DNA of 64,000 bases from the NCBI GenBank assembly GCA_963717685.1, contig OY970346.1, positions 2,736,419 to 2,800,418 on the forward strand, read 5' to 3'. The notes under the pieces are model-generated. The model was given only the letters and a program-made list of their open reading frames with translations. It ran no database searches and had not been told where the DNA came from. A program made the translations under genes and the position numbers. Shown here piece after piece: positions 29,587 through 38,301 of this stretch. Positions within the stretch are counted from its first letter, which is position 1, and each line of letters begins with the position of its first letter. Source of the stretch: an uncultured Bacteroidales bacterium (GTDB lineage Bacteria; Bacteroidota; Bacteroidia; Bacteroidales; VadinHA17).

Positions 29587-31509
29587 TTACCAGTACCATA
29601 TAAATATTAAAAGGATAGCCAGGGCAACAGCTCCGGAGACAAATACGAATGCGTATTGCTGAAGTTGTCCTGACTGGAATTTCCGGATCCTGAATGAAAC
29701 GATCTGTGTTGTTGAGGCAATTGAGTTCATCGTCCCGTCAACAATATGACGATCAAACCAGGCAACCGGTTCTGAAATATATCTGAAGATTATTTTTCTG
29801 GTGACAAAAAGATATATCTCATCTATATAAAACTTATGGTATGCCAGCTTATATGTGTATTTAATTGCAGAAACGATTTTTTGAGGGATATCGGTCTCTT
29901 TCCTGTACAATATCGATGCTATGATAATCCCAAAAAGTCCTATAAGGACTGATGGAACCGCAACTGACCATTCAATTCCTGACTCAAGAATTTTCCCGTC
30001 GCTTGTGACAAGTTTATCGAAGGGAATAAATCCTGCAAAGGCAGCTCCGGCTGCAAGGATAACAAGGGGAACTGTCATTACTGCAGGAGCTTCGTGGGGA
30101 GTATGATCATAGCTTCTTTCTTTTCCCCAGAAAATGTTAAAGTAGATCCTGAACATATAAAAAGCGGTCAGCCCGGCAACCAGGTACTCCACGGCAAACA
30201 GGAATTTATTGTGATGGAACGCAGCGGCCAGGATTTCGTCCTTGCTGAAGAATCCCGAGAATGGAGGAATCCCTGCAATGGCAAGACAGGCTACAAGGAA
30301 TGTCAGATGGGTAACAGGAAGGTACTTCCTGAGATTTCCCATGTCTGTCATAAAATTGCTGTGGACTGCATGGATTATTGCCCCTGCTCCAAGGAATAAC
30401 AAAGCCTTGAACATGGCATGAGTGAACAGATGGAACATTGAAGCAGTGAATCCCAGTCCGGCATTTCCTCCGTAGCCGGATACGCCAAGCGCCAGCATCA
30501 TATAGCCGATCTGGGACATGGTGGAGTAGGCAAGAACTCTTTTGATATCTGTCTGAGTGCAGGCGATGACTGCGGCGAACAATGACGTGAAGGCACCTAT
30601 ATATGCCACAATGTTCAATGCGGCCGGAGCCGCCAGGGAGTATACAGGGAACATTCTCGCGACCAGATAAACTCCCGCCACCACCATTGTGGCAGCATGT
30701 ATCAGTGCTGACACTGGCGTAGGGCCCTCCATTGCATCCGGCAACCATATATGGAACGGAAACATTGCCGATTTTCCGACGCCTCCCATATAAACCAGAA
30801 TCATGGACCAGGTTATCACGGAAAACCCGAGAAATGTCTTTCCTGCTGCATTGACAATTGCAGGTCCGGCCGGATCGGTAAGAGTCATAAAATCGAAAGT
30901 TCTGGTATGGTATGAAAGTAACAGGATGCCTATCAGGAAACCCATATCGGCAAATCTTGTCACAATGAATGCTTTTTTTGCAGCAGCCACGGCCGATGGC
31001 TTTTCATAGTAAAATCCGATCAGAAGATATGAGGATACGCCAACAAGTTCCCAAAAAATGTACATCTGGAAGATATTAGGCGCAACGACAAGCCCCAGCA
31101 TCGAAAATGTAAAGAGTGAAAGAAAGGCAAAGAACCGCTCGTATCCCTTTTCTCCTTTCATGTATCCTATGCTGTAGATATGAACCATGAACGAAACAGT
31201 GCTGACTACAATGAGCATCATGACCGAGATGGGATCAAGAAGCACACCTATATCGATGTGGAGCTTATCGGTAAGCGAAAGCCATGTCGTATTGAAAGCG
31301 AGGATTTGCCTGAAGGCCTCATTTACCTTAGGAGTGGCAAAGAAGTATTCATAGGCTGTGAAGAACGAGACAGCCGTCAGAATCGCAAGACCTGCTGTTC
31401 CAAGGAGACCCGAAATCCTTCGTCCTATCTTATGGCCAAACAGTCCCAGAAAAATAAACATAAGGAAGGGGATCAGCAATATCGTTATGGTATATGAAAA
31501 ATTAATCAT
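29587..31509 (-). CDS. nuoL: NADH-quinone oxidoreductase subunit L
   Basis: WLPDAMEGPTPVSALIHAATMVVAGVYL in a 640-aa protein. Confidence 0.93.
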   Translation of the reverse strand: MINFSYTITILLIPFLMFIFLGLFGHKIGRRISGLLGTAGLAILTAVSFFTAYEYFFATPKVNEAFRQILAFNTTWLSLTDKLHIDIGVLLDPISVMMLIVVSTVSFMVHIYSIGYMKGEKGYERFFAFLSLFTFSMLGLVVAPNIFQMYIFWELVGVSSYLLIGFYYEKPSAVAAAKKAFIVTRFADMGFLIGILLLSYHTRTFDFMTLTDPAGPAIVNAAGKTFLGFSVITWSMILVYMGGVGKSAMFPFHIWLPDAMEGPTPVSALIHAATMVVAGVYLVARMFPVYSLAAPAALNIVAYIGAFTSLFAAVIACTQTDIKRVLAYSTMSQIGYMMLALGVSGYGGNAGLGFTASMFHLFTHAMFKALLFLGAGAIIHAVHSNFMTDMGNLRKYLPVTHLTFLVACLAIAGIPPFSGFFSKDEILAAAFHHNKFLFAVEYLVAGLTAFYMFRIYFNIFWGKERSYDHTPHEAPAVMTVPLVILAAGAAFAGFIPFDKLVTSDGKILESGIEWSVAVPSVLIGLFGIIIASILYRKETDIPQKIVSAIKYTYKLAYHKFYIDEIYLFVTRKIIFRYISEPVAWFDRHIVDGTMNSIASTTQIVSFRIRKFQSGQLQQYAFVFVSGAVALAILLIFIWYW

Positions 31510-31534
31510 GGAATATATCTCCTGTGAATTTTAA

Positions 31535-31852
31535 TCAGTACTTCATTTCATCCACATCTTCAACATTAATTGTCGTGAACCTCCTGTAAATATTTATTAT
31601 TATGGCAATTGCAACAGCAGCTTCCGAAGCGGCCACGGCGATTACGAACAGACTGAAGAACATTCCCTCCATCTTGTGAGGGAAGAGATACCTGTTGAAA
31701 GCCATAAAGTTTATATTTACGGAGTTAAGGATCAGTTCCACCGACATCAGGATTGTTATAAGATTCCTGCGGGTAAGAAAGCCATAAACGCCCGTGAAAA
31801 ACATTATCGTGGCAAGAATCAGAAAAAAGTTGAGTGGTACGCCTGCATTCAT
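31535..31852 (-). CDS. nuoK: NADH-quinone oxidoreductase subunit K
   Basis: 105 aa with 3 TM helices, SVELILNSVNINF and AASEAAVAIAII. Confidence 0.9.
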   Translation of the reverse strand: MNAGVPLNFFLILATIMFFTGVYGFLTRRNLITILMSVELILNSVNINFMAFNRYLFPHKMEGMFFSLFVIAVAASEAAVAIAIIINIYRRFTTINVEDVDEMKY

Positions 31853-31856
31853 ATTT

Positions 31857-32396
31857 TCACTTATTTAAGTTTTTACTCTCCTCTTTGGCAGGGCTTCCTT
31901 TTTTAGCGATCACAATGGCAGCTACCATTGCAGCAATCAGGAGTACAGATATAACTTCAAAAGGAAGGATATAACCATCATAATTGAGAGAAAGAAGGCT
32001 CCTTCCGATGGTATGCATATCTGTATTCAAAGCCTGCTGTCCTGAAGCCCTGAATTTGAAATCGAGTATTGTAAGGATAGCCACAATGGTACCGGCAACA
32101 GATGCAAGGGCTGCCAGCAGGGATTTTTTCCATCCCACTGGTTCAAATTTATGGTCGATATGGCTTGTAAGAAGTATTGAGAATATAATCAGAACTACGA
32201 TGCCTCCGGCGTAAAGAGTAAGTTGAACCGCAGCAAGAAACTGGTAGTTAAGCATGAAATAAAGTCCTGACGTTGAGACGAGGACAAAAAGGAGATAAAC
32301 TGAAGCCCTCAGAATCTTCCGGCTTGTCACCGTCAGGACTGAAAAGACAATAATTGCGACAGCAAACAATATAAACATTATCTGGGTTGCATCCAT
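31857..32396 (-). CDS. nuoJ: NADH-quinone oxidoreductase subunit J
   Basis: Called from position between nuoI and nuoK, size, and the hydrophobic pattern with LYAGGIVVLIIF. Confidence 0.85.
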   Translation of the reverse strand: MDATQIMFILFAVAIIVFSVLTVTSRKILRASVYLLFVLVSTSGLYFMLNYQFLAAVQLTLYAGGIVVLIIFSILLTSHIDHKFEPVGWKKSLLAALASVAGTIVAILTILDFKFRASGQQALNTDMHTIGRSLLSLNYDGYILPFEVISVLLIAAMVAAIVIAKKGSPAKEESKNLNK

Positions 32397-32875
32397 TATT
32401 CAACTCCTTTCATTAGTTGTGAACCCGGTTTGTTCAGGACTTTGATCAGAAGAGCCCTGTTGAACACGGCATGCTCGAATTCCTGTCCGAAAGCCAGCGC
32501 ATCCGACGGGCAGCTCTTCACGCAAAGTCCGCAGAAAGTGCACATGCTCAGACGATAAATGTGCTTGTCAACAGCTCTTTTCTTTTTCCCGTCCTCAGTG
32601 GTTATCGTTTTAGATATTACCTCAATTGTTCCGTTTGGGCAATTGATTTCGCAGATCCCGCAGCCTGTGCATTTATGCTCATTATTTTCGTTATGAGGCA
32701 TTATGACTTCACCCTTGAATCTATCGAACATGACAAGATCCTTCCTGTTATTCGGGTATTTCTGAGTAACAATTTTGCCAGGGCTGAAAAAGTAACGGTT
32801 GGTCACGCTCATTCCTTTCAGAAGCGATCCGACCCCATCGATTATTCCTTTAAAATATTGGCCTATACTATTCAT
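32396..32875 (-). CDS. nuoI: NADH-quinone oxidoreductase subunit I
   Basis: Two ferredoxin motifs, CTGCGICEINCP and CTFCGLCVKSCP. TAATG overlap with nuoJ. Confidence 0.92.
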   Translation of the reverse strand: MNSIGQYFKGIIDGVGSLLKGMSVTNRYFFSPGKIVTQKYPNNRKDLVMFDRFKGEVIMPHNENNEHKCTGCGICEINCPNGTIEVISKTITTEDGKKKRAVDKHIYRLSMCTFCGLCVKSCPSDALAFGQEFEHAVFNRALLIKVLNKPGSQLMKGVE

Positions 32876-32900
32876 AATGTTAATTTTTCAGTTCCCGGAA

Positions 32901-34037
32901 TCAGAAGTGCCATCCCAAAAGAACCACTAAAGCCATGATCAGCACATTGACAAGGTTTATAGGAAGCAGGTATTTCCACTCGAGTGTCAGAAGCTGATCG
33001 ATCCTGAGTCGCGGGAATGTCCATTTGAACAACATAATAAGGTATATGATAAAGAAAGTTTTTCCGATATACCAGATAAACGGCGGGATATAATCCATGA
33101 CTTGGTTGAAGCCTTCCAGGCTGCCTATATGCAAAGGCATCCATCCGCCAAGAAAAATAGTAGCTGCAATAGATGCAATTATGAACATGTTAATGAATTC
33201 CGCAAGGTAGAAAAATGCAAATCTGATCCCCGAGTATTCAGTGTGATAACCGGCGGTAAGCTCAGATTCAGCTTCAGCAAGGTCAAATGGCCCCCTGTTC
33301 GATTCAGCCGTACCAGATATGATGTAAATTACAAAGGCGATGAGAGCCGGGATGTGTCCCCTGAATATTAACCACCCGGATCTTTGAGATTCGATTATAG
33401 CTGAGAGCTGCATCGATCCGGCAAGTATTACCATTGTTGCCAGAGCAAGGCCCATGGATAATTCATAACTTACAATCATGGCTCCGCTTCTCATGGCTCC
33501 TATGAGTGAATATTTGCTGTTGCTTGACCATCCGGCGAGCAGGACTCCGATAACGCTCATGGATGTGATTGCGATCACGTAAAATATACCTATATTGAAA
33601 TCTATAGCCTGCAGGCCCTTTGCATAAGGTATCGCGGCAAGGACCATGAAATTCACTATGATTACGATGTACGGTGCGAGATTAAACAGAAAACTGTCAG
33701 CGTTTTTAATAGGAATGAGCTCTTTGAACAGTAGCTTAATCAGGTCAGCCACAGTCTGGAATATCCCGTACGGTCCTATCCTGTTTGGACCAAGCCTGTT
33801 TTGGATAAAGGCGCACACCTTTCTCTCGGCATACACCAGGAAAAGACCGATAACCGCATAAAAAAGGAGGAACAGTACGCCAACAATTAACATTTCTGTG
33901 GTCACTGCCCAGAATGATGACATCGAACTCCTGATTCCCTGATCTATTGACCTTGTCAGCGATGAAAAATCATAAAAGACTTTCCACCATGGCCCGGAAG
34001 TCATTAAAATATTTTGAAATGCTGTTCCCAGTCGCAT
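32901..34037 (-). CDS. nuoH: NADH-quinone oxidoreductase subunit H
   Basis: AERKVCAFIQNRLGPNRIGPYG motif. The start is uncertain between ATG 34037 and ATG 34004. Confidence 0.92.
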   Translation of the reverse strand: MRLGTAFQNILMTSGPWWKVFYDFSSLTRSIDQGIRSSMSSFWAVTTEMLIVGVLFLLFYAVIGLFLVYAERKVCAFIQNRLGPNRIGPYGIFQTVADLIKLLFKELIPIKNADSFLFNLAPYIVIIVNFMVLAAIPYAKGLQAIDFNIGIFYVIAITSMSVIGVLLAGWSSNSKYSLIGAMRSGAMIVSYELSMGLALATMVILAGSMQLSAIIESQRSGWLIFRGHIPALIAFVIYIISGTAESNRGPFDLAEAESELTAGYHTEYSGIRFAFFYLAEFINMFIIASIAATIFLGGWMPLHIGSLEGFNQVMDYIPPFIWYIGKTFFIIYLIMLFKWTFPRLRIDQLLTLEWKYLLPINLVNVLIMALVVLLGWHF

Positions 34038-34083
34038 ATAATTTATTTTACCAATGTCTGATCACAAATCATAAGTCTCCAAA

Positions 34084-35208
34084 TTACCGGTCAATATCCG
34101 GAATAACAAAGTCGAGTGAACCGGCTATTGCAACCAGGTCGGCTATCTTGAAATCCCTGGATATGTGGTTGAGGACACCAAGATTGACAAAATTAGGGGA
34201 CCTGAATTTCACTCTGAAAGGATTTTTATTGCCATCGCTGACTATTAATACACCAAGCTCTCCCCGGGCAGTTTCAACTTTCTGGAAATACTCTCCCTCG
34301 GGCAATTTGATGACAGGCTTCATTTTGACTGCATACGGACCTTCGGGAATATTGTCAATAAGCTGATCGATAATATTCATCGACTCTTTCATCTCCTCCA
34401 TCCTGACAAGATACCTGGAGTAAGTATCTCCTTCCGTAAACAGAACCTCATTGAATTTAACCCTGTCGTATGCACTGTAGGGTTCATGCTTCCTTACATC
34501 GCATGAAAATCCGGAAGCCCTTCCTGCAGGCCCTGTCACGCCATAGGATATTGCATCTTCTTTGGTCAGCTTTCCTATACCGATAGTCCGTTCACGGAAT
34601 ATGACATTTCCGGTAAGGATCGCATCGTATTCCCAAAGGACTGATCTGAAGTATTTTATAAATTCCTTTACTCTTTTCTGAAAATTCGGATGGATATCAT
34701 ACATCAGTCCTCCCGGGCAATTATAACTTACTATCATCCTGCCTCCGGTCGTCTCTTCAAAAATATCCAGCACTTTTTCCCTGTCGCGGAGGCCATAGAA
34801 AAAACAGGTCTGTCCTCCCATATCCATTCCATAGGATGCCCAGAACAGTTGGTGCGACTGAATCCTGGTCAGCTCGGACATAATGGTCCTTATAACCTTT
34901 ATTCTTTCAGGGATTTCTATTTCAAGTGCTTTTTCGACATCCAGGCATACGGCTTCATTATTAATGAGTGCGGACAGGTAATCCATCCTGTCGGTAAGAT
35001 GTATTATCTGGGGATAAGTAATGCTTTCGCACATCTTTTCTATACCCCGGTGTATGTAACCGACATGAGGTTCAATATTTTTTACCGTTTCACCTTTAAG
35101 AGAAACAACCAGGCGAAGCACACCATGAGTTGACGGGTGCTGCGGTCCCATGTTGATTATATATTCCTCTTCCACGCTGACGCCGGTTTTTTTTGCCAGG
35201 TCTTCCAT
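34084..35208 (-). CDS. nuoD: NADH-quinone oxidoreductase subunit D
   Basis: NMGPQHPSTHGVLRL and the C-terminal DFVIPDIDR. Confidence 0.95.
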   Translation of the reverse strand: MEDLAKKTGVSVEEEYIINMGPQHPSTHGVLRLVVSLKGETVKNIEPHVGYIHRGIEKMCESITYPQIIHLTDRMDYLSALINNEAVCLDVEKALEIEIPERIKVIRTIMSELTRIQSHQLFWASYGMDMGGQTCFFYGLRDREKVLDIFEETTGGRMIVSYNCPGGLMYDIHPNFQKRVKEFIKYFRSVLWEYDAILTGNVIFRERTIGIGKLTKEDAISYGVTGPAGRASGFSCDVRKHEPYSAYDRVKFNEVLFTEGDTYSRYLVRMEEMKESMNIIDQLIDNIPEGPYAVKMKPVIKLPEGEYFQKVETARGELGVLIVSDGNKNPFRVKFRSPNFVNLGVLNHISRDFKIADLVAIAGSLDFVIPDIDR

Positions 35209-35211
35209 AAG

Positions 35212-35667
35212 CTATTTGGTAACAATTTTAATATCATCTGCATAATCCTTCCTTAGAGGAAATCCCCACGATTTGTCCAGAAACAACCTTCTAAGGTCAG
35301 GATGATTGGTAAATTTTATGCCAAGAAGATCAAATACTTCTCTCTCCAGAAAATCCGCGCTTTTCCAGATATCAGTAATTGAATCGAAATGGGGATTTTC
35401 CCGATCGCCTGTGCGCACCCTGAGCACGATTGTATGTCCATGCCTTGTGGAAAACAAATGGTAAATTGCGCCGAGATACTGTCCATAATCAATCCCTGTA
35501 ATGCAGTCAAGGAAGTCAAATGATGCAGCCTCATCTTGCCTTAGCTTAAGTGCAACGCCATGAAGTAATTCTGCAGGAATGTCAATTTCGGAAAATTGCT
35601 TTCCTTCCTTTACCTCACAGCCGGGGGCAAGTGATCTTACATATGCAGTAAGTTCCGTTTTATTCAT
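35212..35667 (-). CDS. nuoC: NADH-quinone oxidoreductase subunit C
   Basis: ADFLEREVFDLLGIKFTNHPDLRRL motif. Confidence 0.92.
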   Translation of the reverse strand: MNKTELTAYVRSLAPGCEVKEGKQFSEIDIPAELLHGVALKLRQDEAASFDFLDCITGIDYGQYLGAIYHLFSTRHGHTIVLRVRTGDRENPHFDSITDIWKSADFLEREVFDLLGIKFTNHPDLRRLFLDKSWGFPLRKDYADDIKIVTK

Positions 35668-35671
35668 ACAA

Positions 35672-36238
35672 TTATATTATATCGGAATTATGTGAAGCTG
35701 AACGTTTTTTTCTGGATTTGATATTCTCTGTTTCTATTTTTCTCTGAAGCTGGAGCATCCCATATAAAAGAGCTTCAGGCCGCGGCGGGCATCCGGGGAC
35801 ATAAACATCGACCGGGATCAGATTATCGACCCCCTTTACCACACTGTAGGAATTGAGGAAGAATGGTCCTCCTGAAACAGCACAGGCACCCATCGCCACG
35901 ACATATTTTGGTTCCGACATCTGGTCATAAAGCCGTTTGAGGACAGGTGCCATCTTGTAGACAATTGTACCTGCCACAACGATGACATCGGCCTGGCGTG
36001 GACTGGCCCTGTAAACTTCCATACCGAACCGGGCGAAATCATGTCTCGGGGCTCCTGTCGCCATCATCTCAATGCCGCAGCAACTGGTTGCGAATGTCAG
36101 TGGCCATAAGGATGCCTTTCTTCCCCAGTTAATGACATCATCTATTGTCGTCAGGAGAACATTTCCGCCAGATTCCCTTAAAAGCTCAAGACTCTCGTTA
36201 TCCTTGAACTCCTCATATTTCATTCCTTTTATTCCCAT
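35672..36238 (-). CDS. nuoB: NADH-quinone oxidoreductase subunit B
   Basis: [29 protein letters not shown] and VPGCPPRPE (N2 cluster ligands). 10-nt overlap with nuoA. Confidence 0.95.
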   Translation of the reverse strand: MGIKGMKYEEFKDNESLELLRESGGNVLLTTIDDVINWGRKASLWPLTFATSCCGIEMMATGAPRHDFARFGMEVYRASPRQADVIVVAGTIVYKMAPVLKRLYDQMSEPKYVVAMGACAVSGGPFFLNSYSVVKGVDNLIPVDVYVPGCPPRPEALLYGMLQLQRKIETENIKSRKKRSASHNSDII

Positions 36239-36579
36239 ATCAGCGCATGTTTTTTCCAGGCATACAGCAGACCCAGCCCCAGAATGGAGAAGAAGATAAG
36301 TATTTCGATAAAGGCCGTCAGTCCGACTTCCTTCATAACCACAGCCCAGGGGAAAACGAGAACAGTTTCAACATCAAAAACCAGAAACAGGATCGCGAAA
36401 AGATAATAACCGACATTGAATTGAAGCCAGGTGACTCCCTGTGTGGGAATTCCGCATTCATAAGGTTCAAACTTCTCTGGATTAACAGATCTGGGGGCAA
36501 TTATTCCTGATAACACCAATACCAACCCGACGAATAAAGCCCCGACCAAAAAGAATAATACGAGCCATTGACTACTCAT
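36229..36579 (-). CDS. nuoA: NADH-quinone oxidoreductase subunit A
   Basis: 116 aa with 3 TM helices, KFEPYECG and [15 protein letters not shown]. Confidence 0.92.
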   Translation of the reverse strand: MSSQWLVLFFLVGALFVGLVLVLSGIIAPRSVNPEKFEPYECGIPTQGVTWLQFNVGYYLFAILFLVFDVETVLVFPWAVVMKEVGLTAFIEILIFFSILGLGLLYAWKKHALIWE

Positions 36580-36610
36580 AGTCCCGGTTTTAGTTTTATT
36601 AAAAGCCGCA

Positions 36611-36618
36611 CAAAAATA
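36611..36618 (-). promoter_or_regulatory. -7 promoter box (TATTTTTG on the minus strand) for the nuo operon
   Basis: The plus strand reads CAAAAATA, 32 nt upstream of the nuoA ATG. Confidence 0.45.
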
Positions 36619-36633
36619 GAATTTCTTTTATAT

Positions 36634-36664
36634 TTTGTGAAATTAACAATAGTAATTTCACAAA
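36634..36664. promoter_or_regulatory. Perfect 12-bp-arm palindrome TTTGTGAAATTA-n7-TAATTTCACAAA, with a third half-site at 36668-36678
   Basis: All 12 arm positions pair by hand. AAATTTCACAA recurs once more 14 nt downstream. It lies just upstream of the nuo -7 box in the nuoA/hdrC divergent region. Confidence 0.5.
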
Positions 36665-36861
36665 CATAAATTTCACAAGCCAGTCAAAATAATTTGGACA
36701 AAAGCAACCAGCCAAATTTAACTTTTTTTATAAAAAGTAATCAAAACATAAATCTTATTTAAGTTACCGGCAATATGATTTATTTCATGTAAATTTTCAA
36801 ATATTAATCACTAATTTTCCGCGCTTTTTAATGCTCGCGTTTTTAAATTAAATTATACTTT

Positions 36862-37434
36862 ATGAGCTCAGATACCCATCAGTCAATGCTTTCCAAACTG
36901 GGACAGGAGTTATTTGAACAATCTGATGTAAAGGTTTCCAGGTGCTACCAATGCGGAAAGTGCTCGGCAGGCTGTCCGCTCTCCGAAGAAATGGATTATC
37001 CGCCCAGCGTGGTAATGAGGATGCTGCAAACAGGTAATCCTGAACTTGAGGAAAAAGTCCTGCGCTCATTTTCCATATGGGTATGTCTGACATGTGAAAT
37101 GTGTTTTGCGCGCTGCCCGATGAGCATAGATATCCCAAAAATGATGGACCAGCTCAGGCAGAAGGCGCTGAAAGAAGGTAAAGCCAATTCAAAGGCAAAA
37201 CAAATAATTGCATTCCATCGGTCATTCCTCGATTCCATAGAGTATACAGGAAGGCTGTATGAAATAGGACTGTTCGCGGATTATAAAACAAGGACTTTAA
37301 AAATCCTTGATGATATGAATCTTGCACCTGCGATGATGACAAGGGGCAAGTTGAATATTATTCCCGAACTGGTAAAAGACAGGAAGGGCATAAGATCAAT
37401 TTTCAGGAAGACAAAATATAAACATAAAGACTGA
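36862..37434 (+). CDS. hdrC: Heterodisulfide reductase subunit C-like 4Fe-4S protein
   Basis: CYQCGKCSAGCP and CLTCEMCFARCP. 190 aa, first gene of the cluster. Confidence 0.8.
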   Translation: MSSDTHQSMLSKLGQELFEQSDVKVSRCYQCGKCSAGCPLSEEMDYPPSVVMRMLQTGNPELEEKVLRSFSIWVCLTCEMCFARCPMSIDIPKMMDQLRQKALKEGKANSKAKQIIAFHRSFLDSIEYTGRLYEIGLFADYKTRTLKILDDMNLAPAMMTRGKLNIIPELVKDRKGIRSIFRKTKYKHKD

Positions 37435-37438
37435 ATAT

Positions 37439-38281
37439 ATGACACTCGGATTTTATCCAGGCTGTTCACTTAAGGGATCATCGAGAGAATACGCTGAATC
37501 AGTGCTGGCAGTTGCAAGAGCTTTTGATATCCGTATGGATGAGATATCGGACTGGAATTGCTGCGGGGCGACTGCGGCACATAATATGAACAGGGAGCTG
37601 TCATTCGCACTTCCCGCAAGAATTCTTTCCCTGGCCGAGAAGCAGGGCATGACGGAGATTATTGTGCCGTGCGCAGCTTGCTACAGCAGACTTATGGTTA
37701 CGGAGCATGAGCTTGCCGGAGATTCCGTGCTAAGGGACAGAGTCAGTGAAATAAACAAAATGGATTATAAGGGAACAGTCAATATCCTTAATATAATCCA
37801 GATGCTTGATAAATTCATTACACCGAAGCTCGAGGGAAAGGTTGTGAAACCGTTCGATCATAAAGTGGCCTGTTATTACGGGTGCCTTCTTGTACGGCCG
37901 CATGAAATTCTGAAATTCGACCGCGAGGAGGATCCCCAATTAATGGATGAACTCATGCTTAAAATCGGGGCAACGCCTGTTGACTGGGCATTCAAGACTG
38001 AATGTTGCGGGGCAGGCCTTTCGGTATCCAGGACAAAATCTGTCGGAAGATTGTCCGGACTTATTGTCCGTGATGCGAAAGACCGGGGCGCTGAAGCCAT
38101 AATTGTGGCCTGCCCTATGTGCCATTCCAATCTGGATATGAGACGAAAGGAAATAAATGAATACCTGGGTGAGAAAGTGGATATACCTGTTTTATATGTC
38201 ACGCAGGCAATTGGCCTGGCAACTGGAGTAAGCAGGGAAGATCTTTCGCTCAGGAGACATTTCGTGAAAGTAACAATTTGA
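37439..38281 (+). CDS. hdrB: Heterodisulfide reductase subunit B-like protein with two CCG domains
   Basis: Two CCG signatures, DWNCCGAT and KTECCGAG, each with partner CxxC cysteines (PCAACY, CPMCH). Confidence 0.85.
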   Translation: MTLGFYPGCSLKGSSREYAESVLAVARAFDIRMDEISDWNCCGATAAHNMNRELSFALPARILSLAEKQGMTEIIVPCAACYSRLMVTEHELAGDSVLRDRVSEINKMDYKGTVNILNIIQMLDKFITPKLEGKVVKPFDHKVACYYGCLLVRPHEILKFDREEDPQLMDELMLKIGATPVDWAFKTECCGAGLSVSRTKSVGRLSGLIVRDAKDRGAEAIIVACPMCHSNLDMRRKEINEYLGEKVDIPVLYVTQAIGLATGVSREDLSLRRHFVKVTI

Positions 38282-38301
38282 TAATATTCTAAGGCGATTA
38301 T

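Noticed and set aside
26741-30748. Same-strand alternative-frame ORFs inside nuoN (26741-27229, 162 aa) and nuoL (30206-30748, 180 aa).
   Set aside because: They are out of frame with clearly conserved antiporter-like subunits. Their Arg/Cys/His-rich composition is typical of shifted frames, and no frameshift signal was noticed.
32471-32938. A 155-aa plus-strand ORF over nuoI.
   Set aside because: It is antisense to nuoI, whose two ferredoxin motifs are intact, and there is no independent support.
36634-36678. Calling the palindrome a canonical Rex or CRP operator.
   Set aside because: The half-sites match TTGTGAA/TTCACAA, but the spacing is 15 nt, not 4 (Rex) or 6 between pentamers (CRP). 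None of the three 18-nt windows gives a good second half-site. I kept it only as an unassigned operator candidate.
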